Part shown: in pieces, positions 7,951 to 16,475 of the stretch
Numbering within the stretch: position 1 is the stretch's first letter
Layout of the letters: every line of letters starts with the position of its first letter
From: a virus
Taxonomy: Duplodnaviria > Caudoviricetes
Length of the DNA stretch: 64,000 nucleotides
Virus record (IMG/VR): IMGVR_UViG_3300047160_036266
Span: 256,001 to 320,000 of that record
Strand: one strand, 5' to 3'
Notes under the pieces: model-generated
The model's database searches: none
What the model was told of the DNA's origin: nothing
Seen by the model: the letters and a program-made list of their open reading frames with translations, nothing else
Made by a program: the position numbers and the translations under genes

Positions 7951-9759
7951 TTACCACCCAAATTCTTTGAGTAATTTGTCGTACTTCCTTGAGTAGTTGA
8001 ACATGACGCCCGGCAAGATGTCATCCTTGTCCGGGGCCAGGAAATCGGTCGGTTCCTCGATAAAGTCCTGCGGTGCCCCTTCCTGCAACTCGCGCTTGAT
8101 CTCCTCGTATATTTCCGTCTTGAAGGTCGCCGTGATCTCCTTGGGAACCTCGGCACCCATCGGGATGTCACGCAGCAGGCCGTCGCGTACATAAAGCGCC
8201 ATGCACATGGCCATGATGGCGTCGTCGTGATGACCCTTCAGGGCCTCGGCCCGCTTGGTCTGGGGGTTGAAAATGAATGTTTGCAGTTCCCGGACGAAAC
8301 GGTTACTATTGATGCGCACCGTACTGTTGATGAGCCTGTGCTGCAATCGCTCCAGAAAGATTGGGCGGTTGGTCCGGTTGACCGTGATGCCCGGTTTCTC
8401 CTGTTTGCCCTTGGCCTCATAATGGATATTTTCGTAGAATAGGTCGTGCTGTAACTGACTGATGACAGCACCGCCAGGGGCCATATTCTCCACGATGATG
8501 GTCGCCGTGTTGTAGTACAACCCGACTTCGTTGAGGATTTGGGTGAAGATGTGCGGCGGCACGCTGTTGCTATAAAACTCGGCCACCTGTTCCAAGGTCG
8601 CCGTGTCAAGAACCTGGAAGCAAGAATTATCGCCCTTCTCGCCCATGCCTTCAGCCACGTCCACGCCGATCAGGTATTCGTGGCCGTCAATGGGTTCCTT
8701 CCATACCCACATGGCCCCTTTGTCAAATTCCAGGTCGTCGTTGACCAGTTCAAGATATTTGTCTATATTGGCCCACTTGGGGAACAGCTTGCGGATCGGA
8801 TAGTTGTCCCTGGTAGCTTTATCGAGAGCGTCGATGATCTTGGTGGGGAAGTAGTTGTCACCGGAGCCAAGGAACTCGCGCATGACCTCCTGCAACCAAC
8901 CGGCCTCGCCAAGCTGGGCCTTGTTCTTCTTGACCCACTCCGGGTCGTCGTATTGCGGGTTGTCCCAATAGTCCAACTCGATGACATGCCAGATTTTGTT
9001 CCGGTTCTCTTTGGTGTCGGTGAAAGTCTGGTGATACCAGTTGCCGTAACCGTTGACGGTGGAAACCACGGCGCACTGACCGCCGGTGCTAAGTACCGGC
9101 CACATAGCCTTCCAGTGGGTTTCCATGTCCGGGATGAATGCCGCCTCGTCAATGATGAGGAAGGTAACGGATTTACCACGAGCGGCTTCTGGGGAATAGA
9201 ACTTCATCGAGCCGCCGGTATCGGTGAACATCTTCAGATGGTCGTTCCACTTGCCATCGGTCTTGGGCTTCATCCAGATGGGTAAGTGTTCGATGGCCCG
9301 GTCCACGATCATGCCGATGTCTGTGGCTTCACGGTCGGTCTTGGACAGCAACATGACCTGGGTATCTAGCTTGAACATGCACCGCCACATGCCCCATAAC
9401 AGGGTGAGAGTGGTCAAACCACCCTGGCGGAACTTGCTGATGATATTGAAGTCGTGGCTTTCGTAGTCCTTGATAACCGTCCGCTGGTACTTGTACAAAA
9501 TGAAGGGGATCAAGCCCTGGACGGGGTGGAGAATCTTGAGGTACTTGTTGCAGAAATACGGGAAGCTCATCGAACACTTGATGATTTCCTTCTGCTGGCG
9601 GTGGGCGTCATACGCCTCGATCTGCTCCTCGGTTTCGTCGGGGTCGATGTCCAGTTCGTAGCGGTCGAAGTCATAATACTTCGAGTTATATTCTCCCTCG
9701 TAGTATTCCCTGGGGGTCTTATATTTCTTCCGCCACTTTGAAAAATTCTTGAGGTCCAT
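7951..9759 (-). CDS. terL: Terminase large subunit (T4 gp17-like)
   Basis: ILHPVQGLIPFILYKYQ; Walker A KFRQGGLTT; Walker B FLIIDEAAFI; nuclease YLIGVDVAEG and HDDAIMA. Start at the ATG at 9759 behind SD AAAGGA. Confidence 0.95.
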   Translation of the reverse strand: MDLKNFSKWRKKYKTPREYYEGEYNSKYYDFDRYELDIDPDETEEQIEAYDAHRQQKEIIKCSMSFPYFCNKYLKILHPVQGLIPFILYKYQRTVIKDYESHDFNIISKFRQGGLTTLTLLWGMWRCMFKLDTQVMLLSKTDREATDIGMIVDRAIEHLPIWMKPKTDGKWNDHLKMFTDTGGSMKFYSPEAARGKSVTFLIIDEAAFIPDMETHWKAMWPVLSTGGQCAVVSTVNGYGNWYHQTFTDTKENRNKIWHVIELDYWDNPQYDDPEWVKKNKAQLGEAGWLQEVMREFLGSGDNYFPTKIIDALDKATRDNYPIRKLFPKWANIDKYLELVNDDLEFDKGAMWVWKEPIDGHEYLIGVDVAEGMGEKGDNSCFQVLDTATLEQVAEFYSNSVPPHIFTQILNEVGLYYNTATIIVENMAPGGAVISQLQHDLFYENIHYEAKGKQEKPGITVNRTNRPIFLERLQHRLINSTVRINSNRFVRELQTFIFNPQTKRAEALKGHHDDAIMAMCMALYVRDGLLRDIPMGAEVPKEITATFKTEIYEEIKRELQEGAPQDFIEEPTDFLAPDKDDILPGVMFNYSRKYDKLLKEFGW

Positions 9760-9936
9760 AGTGTCCTTTCTAATTAAGTGAGATATTCTCAGGTAATATG
9801 TAGGGTGGGAAATATGAAATCTAGGTGGTGAAGGTTCCATGAAAAACGAACCTTTCCCACTCGCTTGTTGGCTACATAGGATGTAAAAGGAGGGCTTGCG
9901 ACGAAGTGACCGGATTACCACCAAGGGGAGTGAGTC

Positions 9937-10473
9937 ATGCCGACCGAGAACGAGCGAAAATATGTGTTGAGGCCCGACACTACCAAGTCTTCAATGACCA
10001 ACATCTGCACCAACCGGGTCTACAACATATGTCAGGGCTACCTGATTGCTACCAGGGGTATAACCGTCCGGGTCCGCAGTTTGTCTGACGCCCGGTGCCC
10101 CGACCAGTTCTATTTCACCCTGAAAGTCAGTACCAACGGACGTGTCGTTGAAATCGAGAACCCCATCGACCGGCGGGACTTCAATGACCTGTGGGACATC
10201 TGCCTGAACAAGCTCGAAAAGACGCGATATAAGCTGAACGGGAAATATAAGGGCTGGGAAATTGACTTTTTCCGGGACCATGACAACCAGACTTATTTCG
10301 TCATGGCCGAATGCGAAATGCCGGAAGGCCAGGTTCGGCCCGTGGAGGTTCCCCAACAAATAAAGGACGCGCTGCTTTACGAAGTGCCCTTGAACGACGT
10401 GCGCTTCTCCAGTAAGCTATTATCAGACGTTCGCTACGCGAAGCGGCTCTTGAACGAAATCAATGGAGGCTAA
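9937..10473 (+). CDS. CYTH-domain (triphosphate tunnel metalloenzyme / class IV adenylate cyclase-like) protein
   Basis: N-terminal ExExK motif ENERKY; QGY, VRVR, LEKTRY, WEIDFF and MAECE motifs. Confidence 0.85.
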   Translation: MPTENERKYVLRPDTTKSSMTNICTNRVYNICQGYLIATRGITVRVRSLSDARCPDQFYFTLKVSTNGRVVEIENPIDRRDFNDLWDICLNKLEKTRYKLNGKYKGWEIDFFRDHDNQTYFVMAECEMPEGQVRPVEVPQQIKDALLYEVPLNDVRFSSKLLSDVRYAKRLLNEINGG

Positions 10474-10783
10474 GATGAAGAAGTATCCTCTGATCCGTCA
10501 CCGCCCGGTCGCCCGCTTCTACTACCAGGGCAATCACACCCATCCTGTCCGTCGCACCGTCCTGTTGATCGAGAGCCGACCCAAATATATTCGTGGTTAC
10601 GAACTGCGCGAAGGCTCGGTGGTCCGCACCTACGGAGAGGCCCCGATCAAAACCTATACCCGGAGCAAGATCGCCCCGGCGACACCGTACCAGCGCCGCA
10701 AAAAGGCAGCGGCTCGCAAGCTCAATGGCCCGCTGACCCTCCAGCGTACCGCCGTGGTGGACTTGGTTCTGGAAGGTGCGTAG
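10463..10783 (+). CDS. Hypothetical basic protein
   Basis: 106-aa ORF overlapping the CYTH gene by 11 nt; SD GGAGG upstream of the second Met. Confidence 0.7.
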   Translation: MEAKMKKYPLIRHRPVARFYYQGNHTHPVRRTVLLIESRPKYIRGYELREGSVVRTYGEAPIKTYTRSKIAPATPYQRRKKAAARKLNGPLTLQRTAVVDLVLEGA

Positions 10784-10839
10784 AAAATGCGCTCGTCTCC
10801 CTAAATAAAGAAGGTAGACTTCTTAACTTAGGGGAACGA

Positions 10840-11766
10840 ATGCCATTTTTCCAGAATCCATTTGACGTTGATTGGTCCGGTACATGGATACTGGCCGACC
10901 ACCGCTTCATGCCGCAGTTCAAGATCGGCCCGAATCGGAACACAGCGGACTGGATGCGTGCGTGGGTCGCTGAGCCGTATGATTGTTCGACCAACAACAC
11001 ACTTACCATCAACTACGCCTTTGACTTGGATCGCAAGAACTACGCCAGCATCGCCGTCAACGTAGCCGGTGCCACGCCTTCGGCCACGGGCGCAATTGAA
11101 GTGTGCAACGCCCTTAATGCCAATGCGTCATTTGCCGAACTGTGGTTGGCGCAGCCAATATCCACGGCCAGCACCAAGGGCGGGGCGTTGGGATCGCCCA
11201 GCCAGCCCCTCGGTGTCAACAATATCAACAGTCCCAACCCTGGGACGGCGGTAGACCAGCCATCGCCCGGAAATACAGGCCCCTACACGGTTGGTATCAC
11301 TTCGGTAAAGCGCCCCAAGCAGGCGATGCGGGTTTATATTTCCAACACGGGTGCTGAACTGGCGCTGGGCTTTAACCGGAAAGCTCCGGTTGCGCAATTG
11401 CCAACATATTTCTCCCGCCACACCATCCCCAATCGTTTCACTTTCAGTGATTGCACGGCAACTCTCGTTCAGTTGGACACGACCAATCCAGTCGATCAAC
11501 AGGTCATTAGCAATGCCGGCCAGGACTACACCCAGGTCACGCCGGATTGGGCCATGCTCCAGGGCAAGTCGGAAGTCTACAAGTGCTTCGTGAATACCTA
11601 CAGCGGCAGCAATTTGACGAGCCAGATCGAATACAACACGGGTGCCAAGGCCGGGGATTTGGTCAAGAAGACGTACTACACCTACAGCAGCACGAACGTG
11701 GTGACGCAGGCCGAAATTCCTTACGTCTTGCAGGCCAGTGACTTGCTCACGCCGCCGCCGACGTAA
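10840..11766 (+). CDS. Hypothetical, probable virion structural protein
   Basis: 308 aa, rich in Thr/Asn/Ala/Gly and beta-type composition; TAAATA motif at 10802-10807 and SD-like AGGGG upstream. Confidence 0.65.
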   Translation: MPFFQNPFDVDWSGTWILADHRFMPQFKIGPNRNTADWMRAWVAEPYDCSTNNTLTINYAFDLDRKNYASIAVNVAGATPSATGAIEVCNALNANASFAELWLAQPISTASTKGGALGSPSQPLGVNNINSPNPGTAVDQPSPGNTGPYTVGITSVKRPKQAMRVYISNTGAELALGFNRKAPVAQLPTYFSRHTIPNRFTFSDCTATLVQLDTTNPVDQQVISNAGQDYTQVTPDWAMLQGKSEVYKCFVNTYSGSNLTSQIEYNTGAKAGDLVKKTYYTYSSTNVVTQAEIPYVLQASDLLTPPPT

Positions 11767-12144
11767 TCAGATATATGGGTTGGTGCGGACCTCGATGATT
11801 TTTGCTTTTTCCATGCCCGGCTGGGTGCGGCAATGTTCCTCGGCAAGCGTCTGGGCGAGGGCCTGGGCCTCCTTGTGCGTGCGGGCATCAATATAGTCCA
11901 GCGCTCGCATCTCTGCCCCCAGCCCCCGATTGAATCGCAGCATGACACACCATTTGAGCGTTTGAGCAGGCGGCTCCTTGAGGCGGGTGGCCTCTTGCAA
12001 AGCTGCCTCATAACTCAAGAACGGCGTCTCCTCGATAATGCGGGCATCCTCCGGCATGGGAATCTTCCGCATCCTCCAGTGGTGGTCCGCCTGCTTGTAA
12101 ATCAAAAACCCCTTCCGTGCCAGTTCAATGTGAATGTCGTTCAT
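11767..12144 (-). CDS. Hypothetical protein
   Basis: 125-aa ORF with SD GGAG, 3 nt downstream of the 12148 ORF stop. Confidence 0.7.
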   Translation of the reverse strand: MNDIHIELARKGFLIYKQADHHWRMRKIPMPEDARIIEETPFLSYEAALQEATRLKEPPAQTLKWCVMLRFNRGLGAEMRALDYIDARTHKEAQALAQTLAEEHCRTQPGMEKAKIIEVRTNPYI

Positions 12145-12147
12145 ATT

Positions 12148-12681
12148 TCACTCCAAGCCCCATTTTGCGCGTAGGTCTTCGAGGTATTGTGCCTGCCGCC
12201 TGCCGGCGACCTCCCGGACCACGCCTTCCATTTCTTTTCGCTTTGTTCTTTCGACTTTTTTGGCTACTCCAAAAAGGTAATCTATTTTCTCTTCCCAATC
12301 AACACGGGGTACATATTTCTCCAGGTCGCCGCCGACTTCCTTGTACACTTCGTACCCTTGATAAAAGACGTTCAGTTCCTTGCGGTCCTCAAGGTATTTT
12401 ATCTCCAGGTGCATCCCCCGGCTCAGGCCGTCGAACACAAAGCCAATGGGGTAGCTGATTTCCTCCTCGTCCATCGTTTTGATTTCGTCCTCGTCCTCGT
12501 CATCCTCCAGCGCCCACGGATCGTCCAGGTAGCTTTCGTCATACATTCCGCTGCCTTCGCGCATGACCACGCTGCCCAAGTGCCGGACGATGATGCCCAG
12601 CTTGCCGGTGATGCCCATGAGGTTGTTCATGGTGGCCAGGCGGGTCCGTTCTTCTTTCAGCAGTTCTTCTTTCTTTTTCAT
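12148..12681 (-). CDS. Hypothetical protein with an acidic patch
   Basis: ORF with plausible composition. Start is at 12681 or 12687; TATATA at 12687-12692 favours 12681. Confidence 0.7.
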   Translation of the reverse strand: MKKKEELLKEERTRLATMNNLMGITGKLGIIVRHLGSVVMREGSGMYDESYLDDPWALEDDEDEDEIKTMDEEEISYPIGFVFDGLSRGMHLEIKYLEDRKELNVFYQGYEVYKEVGGDLEKYVPRVDWEEKIDYLFGVAKKVERTKRKEMEGVVREVAGRRQAQYLEDLRAKWGLE

Positions 12682-12710
12682 CTGCATATATAGGGAATAC
12701 AGGAGGTAAT

Positions 12711-14303
12711 ATGACCGAAACTTTTGCGCACCCCCAAACGATTGACTACAGCAAACCCCAGCAGATTTGGTATGACGAACCCACCTTTCCCGAATTGGTG
12801 GGGTCGATGCCTGTCCCGCAATATGCGCCTCTTCCCCTGGCCGTACAGGGTTTCGCAGGGGGCGGCTTTAACCTGGGCACAGTCCAGGGCCAGGCCGCAG
12901 GTCTGCAAGTTGGTATTTCCAATGCGCTGAATTATATTATGACCAAGACGAAGCCCGTAAATGGTTGGGCCGCTACCCAGCAGTTGACGGTTATTCCCAG
13001 GGCCGGCGTGCAATTGAACGCTTATTATGACCGCAAGAGCCTCAAGTTCTTCTACCAGAATGACCCCTATACCCAGCAGACGGTTTACACCTGCGACTCC
13101 TCGATGATCTACGTCCACGAGCTTGGTCATGCCTTCTTGGACATCGTGCGCCCCGATTTCTGGGGCAGTGCGTCTTTGGAAATTCAGGCGTTCCACGAAT
13201 CTTACGGTGACTGCCTGGCAATGTTGAACCTGCTCACCTACGACCCGGTGATCCACCAAGCGATTGCGGAGACTAAGGGTAACTTGCGTCAGAGCAACGT
13301 GTTAAGTCAACTGGCCTGGGAGATGGGTACGGCAATTTACAAGCAAAAGCGTCCGCTGCGCGATGCCTACAACCATTTTGTCTACGCCGATCCACAGACC
13401 TTGCCAGCCAACGGCCCGGATGATAAGCTCTGCCGAGAGTCCCACAACTTCAGTCGGGTCTGGACAGGGACGTTCTACGACATGGTTGTTTCGATCACCT
13501 ACAAACTGGTGGAGCAGGGGTGGGACATGATCTCGGCCCTGAAGAACAGTCGGGACATCTGCGCCCGCTACCTGATGTCAGGGATAGGCATTGCGCCCTC
13601 CACGCCCCGCTTTTTCGACGCCATCGCCAGCGCCATTCTCGCAGTGGACGCCAGTGAAGGTGGTTCGTACCAGGGCACCCTCCACGAAATCTTCAGCACC
13701 CGTAACGTGTTGCTTGTTACTCCTTTGGGCTTTGCGGCTGGGGCAACACCGGAGGATTTGCACCTGGACTCCCATGACGAAGTGTTGCACAAATTGGCGG
13801 TTATCGTTTACCTTTTGAAAAAGCGCTTAACAATGCGGCTGGCCGATAGTAAAATGGCTCTGCCATCGGACGGCAATCCGCTTTATAATGTGGAGGTCGA
13901 ATTACCGGCGGACGATTACTACCGCTTTGACGCCGCCGGCAAGCTGGTGGAACGAATCGAGCCGCACCTGCCTGATATTTTGAGGGCCGTGCTACTCATG
14001 CTCCAGTTCCTCCATGAGAACGATCTGGTTGGTCCCGATAAGCCGTGGGGTATCGCAGACGGGAAACTCGTGCGGCAGCACTCTTGTAACGAAGGCAGCT
14101 ATGTAAATAATTCGATGGTGAAAGGGGCACCGGAGTACGGTAAGCCCTGGAAGCCGCAGAATAACGCAGGCTGCTGTAGTTGTTGCAAGCCGAAAAAGCA
14201 CGAAGTACCGCCGCCGATCAAGATGGGATGCGTGGTGCGTGCGCAAGGTGCGCCAACTCCCAAGACGGTTACGGGGCAACTAACCCGCACGAAAGCCTGC
14301 TAA
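12711..14303 (+). CDS. Zinc metallopeptidase, gluzincin (M4/M36 thermolysin/fungalysin-like)
   Basis: HExxH (VHELGHA), third ligand AFHESYGD and ESHNFSRVWTG; strong SD AGGAGG. Confidence 0.8.
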   Translation: MTETFAHPQTIDYSKPQQIWYDEPTFPELVGSMPVPQYAPLPLAVQGFAGGGFNLGTVQGQAAGLQVGISNALNYIMTKTKPVNGWAATQQLTVIPRAGVQLNAYYDRKSLKFFYQNDPYTQQTVYTCDSSMIYVHELGHAFLDIVRPDFWGSASLEIQAFHESYGDCLAMLNLLTYDPVIHQAIAETKGNLRQSNVLSQLAWEMGTAIYKQKRPLRDAYNHFVYADPQTLPANGPDDKLCRESHNFSRVWTGTFYDMVVSITYKLVEQGWDMISALKNSRDICARYLMSGIGIAPSTPRFFDAIASAILAVDASEGGSYQGTLHEIFSTRNVLLVTPLGFAAGATPEDLHLDSHDEVLHKLAVIVYLLKKRLTMRLADSKMALPSDGNPLYNVEVELPADDYYRFDAAGKLVERIEPHLPDILRAVLLMLQFLHENDLVGPDKPWGIADGKLVRQHSCNEGSYVNNSMVKGAPEYGKPWKPQNNAGCCSCCKPKKHEVPPPIKMGCVVRAQGAPTPKTVTGQLTRTKAC

Positions 14304-14307
14304 GGGC

Positions 14308-14336
14308 TTGACTCAGCAACCTGGACTGCTTATATT
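14308..14336 (+). promoter_or_regulatory. Sigma70-type promoter TTGACT-N17-TATATT
   Basis: -35 at 14308-14313, exact 17-nt spacer, -10 at 14331-14336; intergenic, upstream of the acidic peptide gene. Confidence 0.7.
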
Positions 14337-14368
14337 CCTTGGGTGGCCTACACAAAAAGGAGACAGCC

Positions 14369-14635
14369 ATGTATTACGGTGACGACCTGCTGGAACGCCA
14401 GCGCAAAGGGTGGATGGGCGAGACGTTGTTTGCGTCCGCCGTCGATCCCGAAGAGGAAGACGAGGAGGACGACGAGGACGAGGACGACGAGGACGACGAC
14501 CTCGATGAAGACGACTTCGAGGACGACGAGGACGACCTCGATGAAGACGATTTCGAGGACGACGACGAGGATGATGACGAGGACGACGAGGACAGCGAGG
14601 ACGAGGAGGATGAGGACGAGGAAGAAGACGACTAA
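14369..14635 (+). CDS. Hyper-acidic 88-aa protein with a ~60-residue Asp/Glu tail
   Basis: SD AAGGAG before the ATG at 14369. The tail is almost only D/E and includes a near-perfect 36-nt tandem duplication (DLDEDDFEDD). Confidence 0.8.
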   Translation: MYYGDDLLERQRKGWMGETLFASAVDPEEEDEEDDEDEDDEDDDLDEDDFEDDEDDLDEDDFEDDDEDDDEDDEDSEDEEDEDEEEDD

Positions 14636-14646
14636 AGCGGGAGTCC

Positions 14647-15288
14647 ATGTATCTGGCAACTGAATACCTCATCAGATCGGGCATCGCCAAGCGGATGCTT
14701 CGGATTCCCTGCTCCTTGTTCCTTACCGATCTCGTCGGGGGCGAGAAAAAGGTCATCACCATAAGCCACGGATACCGGCTCAGCGACCGGCTGGTGGTCA
14801 AACACTGGCTGGTCGGGCTGTGCCGGGACGAGCAGGTGATACCTTCCCTTCAAGAATACCTCGTCCGTCACGAAAGCATTTTTGACGACCCGCATGTGAT
14901 ATTGGAGAGGCACCGACTCCTCAAGTACAAGGAGGAGCCGGTGCCTTCCCATCTCAACAGTTTCAACCATCCGATGCTGGCTGAAACTTACAACCACTTT
15001 GCCGACCAGTTTTTTGACTCCGCTGGCCACCGCTTACGGCGCGAGAACTGGCTCTGGGATGAGTTTGTCCGCATCTACTTTCCCCAACTCATAAAACTGT
15101 GCTACAGCATCTTCCAGTACCGGCACAAAGACGACGCCGCTGCCGATCAACGCAACATCGTCCGCCAGCACTACCAGGAGCGGTGGCTCTATTGGTTAAA
15201 GTGGCGGAAATATCTGCTGGATTTTGAGGGACCGCCTGCTGAACTGGTGTTTTGCAGGGAATACAAGAGCTATCATGAGGCCGACTGA
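14647..15288 (+). CDS. Hypothetical protein
   Basis: 213-aa ORF with SD GGGAG, 11 nt after the acidic peptide stop. Confidence 0.75.
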   Translation: MYLATEYLIRSGIAKRMLRIPCSLFLTDLVGGEKKVITISHGYRLSDRLVVKHWLVGLCRDEQVIPSLQEYLVRHESIFDDPHVILERHRLLKYKEEPVPSHLNSFNHPMLAETYNHFADQFFDSAGHRLRRENWLWDEFVRIYFPQLIKLCYSIFQYRHKDDAAADQRNIVRQHYQERWLYWLKWRKYLLDFEGPPAELVFCREYKSYHEAD

Positions 15289-15479
15289 CGCTGGCGCATT
15301 TTCTTTCTCATGAAAGGATGGGCGGGCGTCGGAGGAAGCTCCTTGGGGTCGTTGGTATAGACCGGCATGGCCCCGCCGCCCTTTTTCACGTCCCGTTCGA
15401 TCCGAGAACTGGTAGGCTCCAGGCTCGGTTCGATGCCGTAATTGCCAGCTATTTCCAGCCATTGAAGAAAGGTCTTCAT
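15273..15479 (-). CDS. Small protein with a CTS-like N-terminus (MKTFLQWLE)
   Basis: Start reassigned to the ATG at 15479; 68 aa. Confidence 0.65.
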   Translation of the reverse strand: MKTFLQWLEIAGNYGIEPSLEPTSSRIERDVKKGGGAMPVYTNDPKELPPTPAHPFMRKKMRQRQSAS

Positions 15480-15487
15480 TGCGCTAA

Positions 15488-15493
15488 TATATA
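15488..15493. promoter_or_regulatory. Palindromic TATATA box in a 19-bp divergent intergenic gap
   Basis: 5 nt from ATG 15499 (+) and 8 nt from ATG 15479 (-); no SD on either side. Confidence 0.5.
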
Positions 15494-15498
15494 GAAGC

Positions 15499-16017
15499 AT
15501 GAGCTACAAATGGCACGGCCTTATGCGCATTCTGGAAATCACCTGGCTGCGTGACGGCAAGATCATCTTTTACGACACCGACCTGCCCAACACGCTGCAC
15601 TTCTTGGGTGAAGCCTTCTGTTTGTCCGCCCTGTTCACCGGCGGCAACAACCCCAACACCTTCATCCCCGACAGCTACTACATGGGCCTCGACGCCCGGC
15701 CCACAATCAACGTCAATGACACCATGCAAAGCCTGGTCAATGAGCCGGTAGGGAACGGCTATGCCCGCCAACTGCTGAGTTCAAGCACCGGGTTTACTAT
15801 CGACGTGAGTGGGGGCTACCACCGGGCGGTTGGCAATATCATTACCTTCAACGCCAGTGGCGTTGGCTGGGGGCCAGTCACCAATATCTTCTTGACGGAC
15901 CAGGGTGATAACTCCGGCACACTTATTGCTTCCGCACCGTTGTCCACCCCGATCCAGGCGAATGCCGGCGATCAGATAAACATGCGCATGGGGATGTCCC
16001 TGCGCGACTGCCCTTAA
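15499..16017 (+). CDS. Probable tail/baseplate-associated structural protein
   Basis: GYARQ...ITF.ASG..WGPVTNIFL...SGTLIASAPL pattern resembles small phage tail-fibre attachment proteins. Confidence 0.55.
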   Translation: MSYKWHGLMRILEITWLRDGKIIFYDTDLPNTLHFLGEAFCLSALFTGGNNPNTFIPDSYYMGLDARPTINVNDTMQSLVNEPVGNGYARQLLSSSTGFTIDVSGGYHRAVGNIITFNASGVGWGPVTNIFLTDQGDNSGTLIASAPLSTPIQANAGDQINMRMGMSLRDCP

Positions 16018-16475
16018 CCATAGGCCAGGGTATCGAGGAGGACTTCCAGTTCCTTGATTTCCACAAAATGCAGGAGATTAAATATGCTCCGTCCCTTGCG
16101 GACCTTGGTGTACTGTTTGAATTGCATGTACCCGGACCCGCCATCCTTGATGTCGCGCAGCATTTTTGGGTTGGGAGCGGCACTTGGGATTTCCTCGCCC
16201 GTGGGCTTGATAGCAACCGCCACTTCGCCTTCCTGGGGCAAGTTCATCACATAACCGTCTTCGTAGTTGGTAATGGGCGTGGATACAGGTGCATTGCAAA
16301 TCCGGTATTTGCAGAATACTTCATTCGCCGGCTCTGTGGTCTTGCCCCGGTGGAACCAGACGGGCACGCTGACTCCCACCACTTCGACATCCCCGCCTTC
16401 GGCCAGCTTGTACCGCTCTTCCCTGGTGAGGAAAATATTGTGCAACACCGTGATGGTTATGTTGGGGTTTTTCAT
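16014..16475 (-). CDS. Hypothetical protein (153 aa)
   Basis: Start reassigned to the ATG at 16475 (MKNPNITI), an ATGA overlap with the nuclease stop. Confidence 0.7.
   Translation of the reverse strand: MKNPNITITVLHNIFLTREERYKLAEGGDVEVVGVSVPVWFHRGKTTEPANEVFCKYRICNAPVSTPITNYEDGYVMNLPQEGEVAVAIKPTGEEIPSAAPNPKMLRDIKDGGSGYMQFKQYTKVRKGRSIFNLLHFVEIKELEVLLDTLAYG

Noticed and set aside
7950-9924. N-terminal extensions of track ORFs 6996..8192 and 7951..9924
   Set aside because: The first overlaps the terminase in another frame; the second runs through the AT-rich promoter region, and SD-supported starts lie at 7949 and 9759.
14313-14801. Arg/Pro-rich and Val/Leu-rich ORFs over the acidic peptide
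   Set aside because: Alternative-frame translations of the GAC/GAG repeat.
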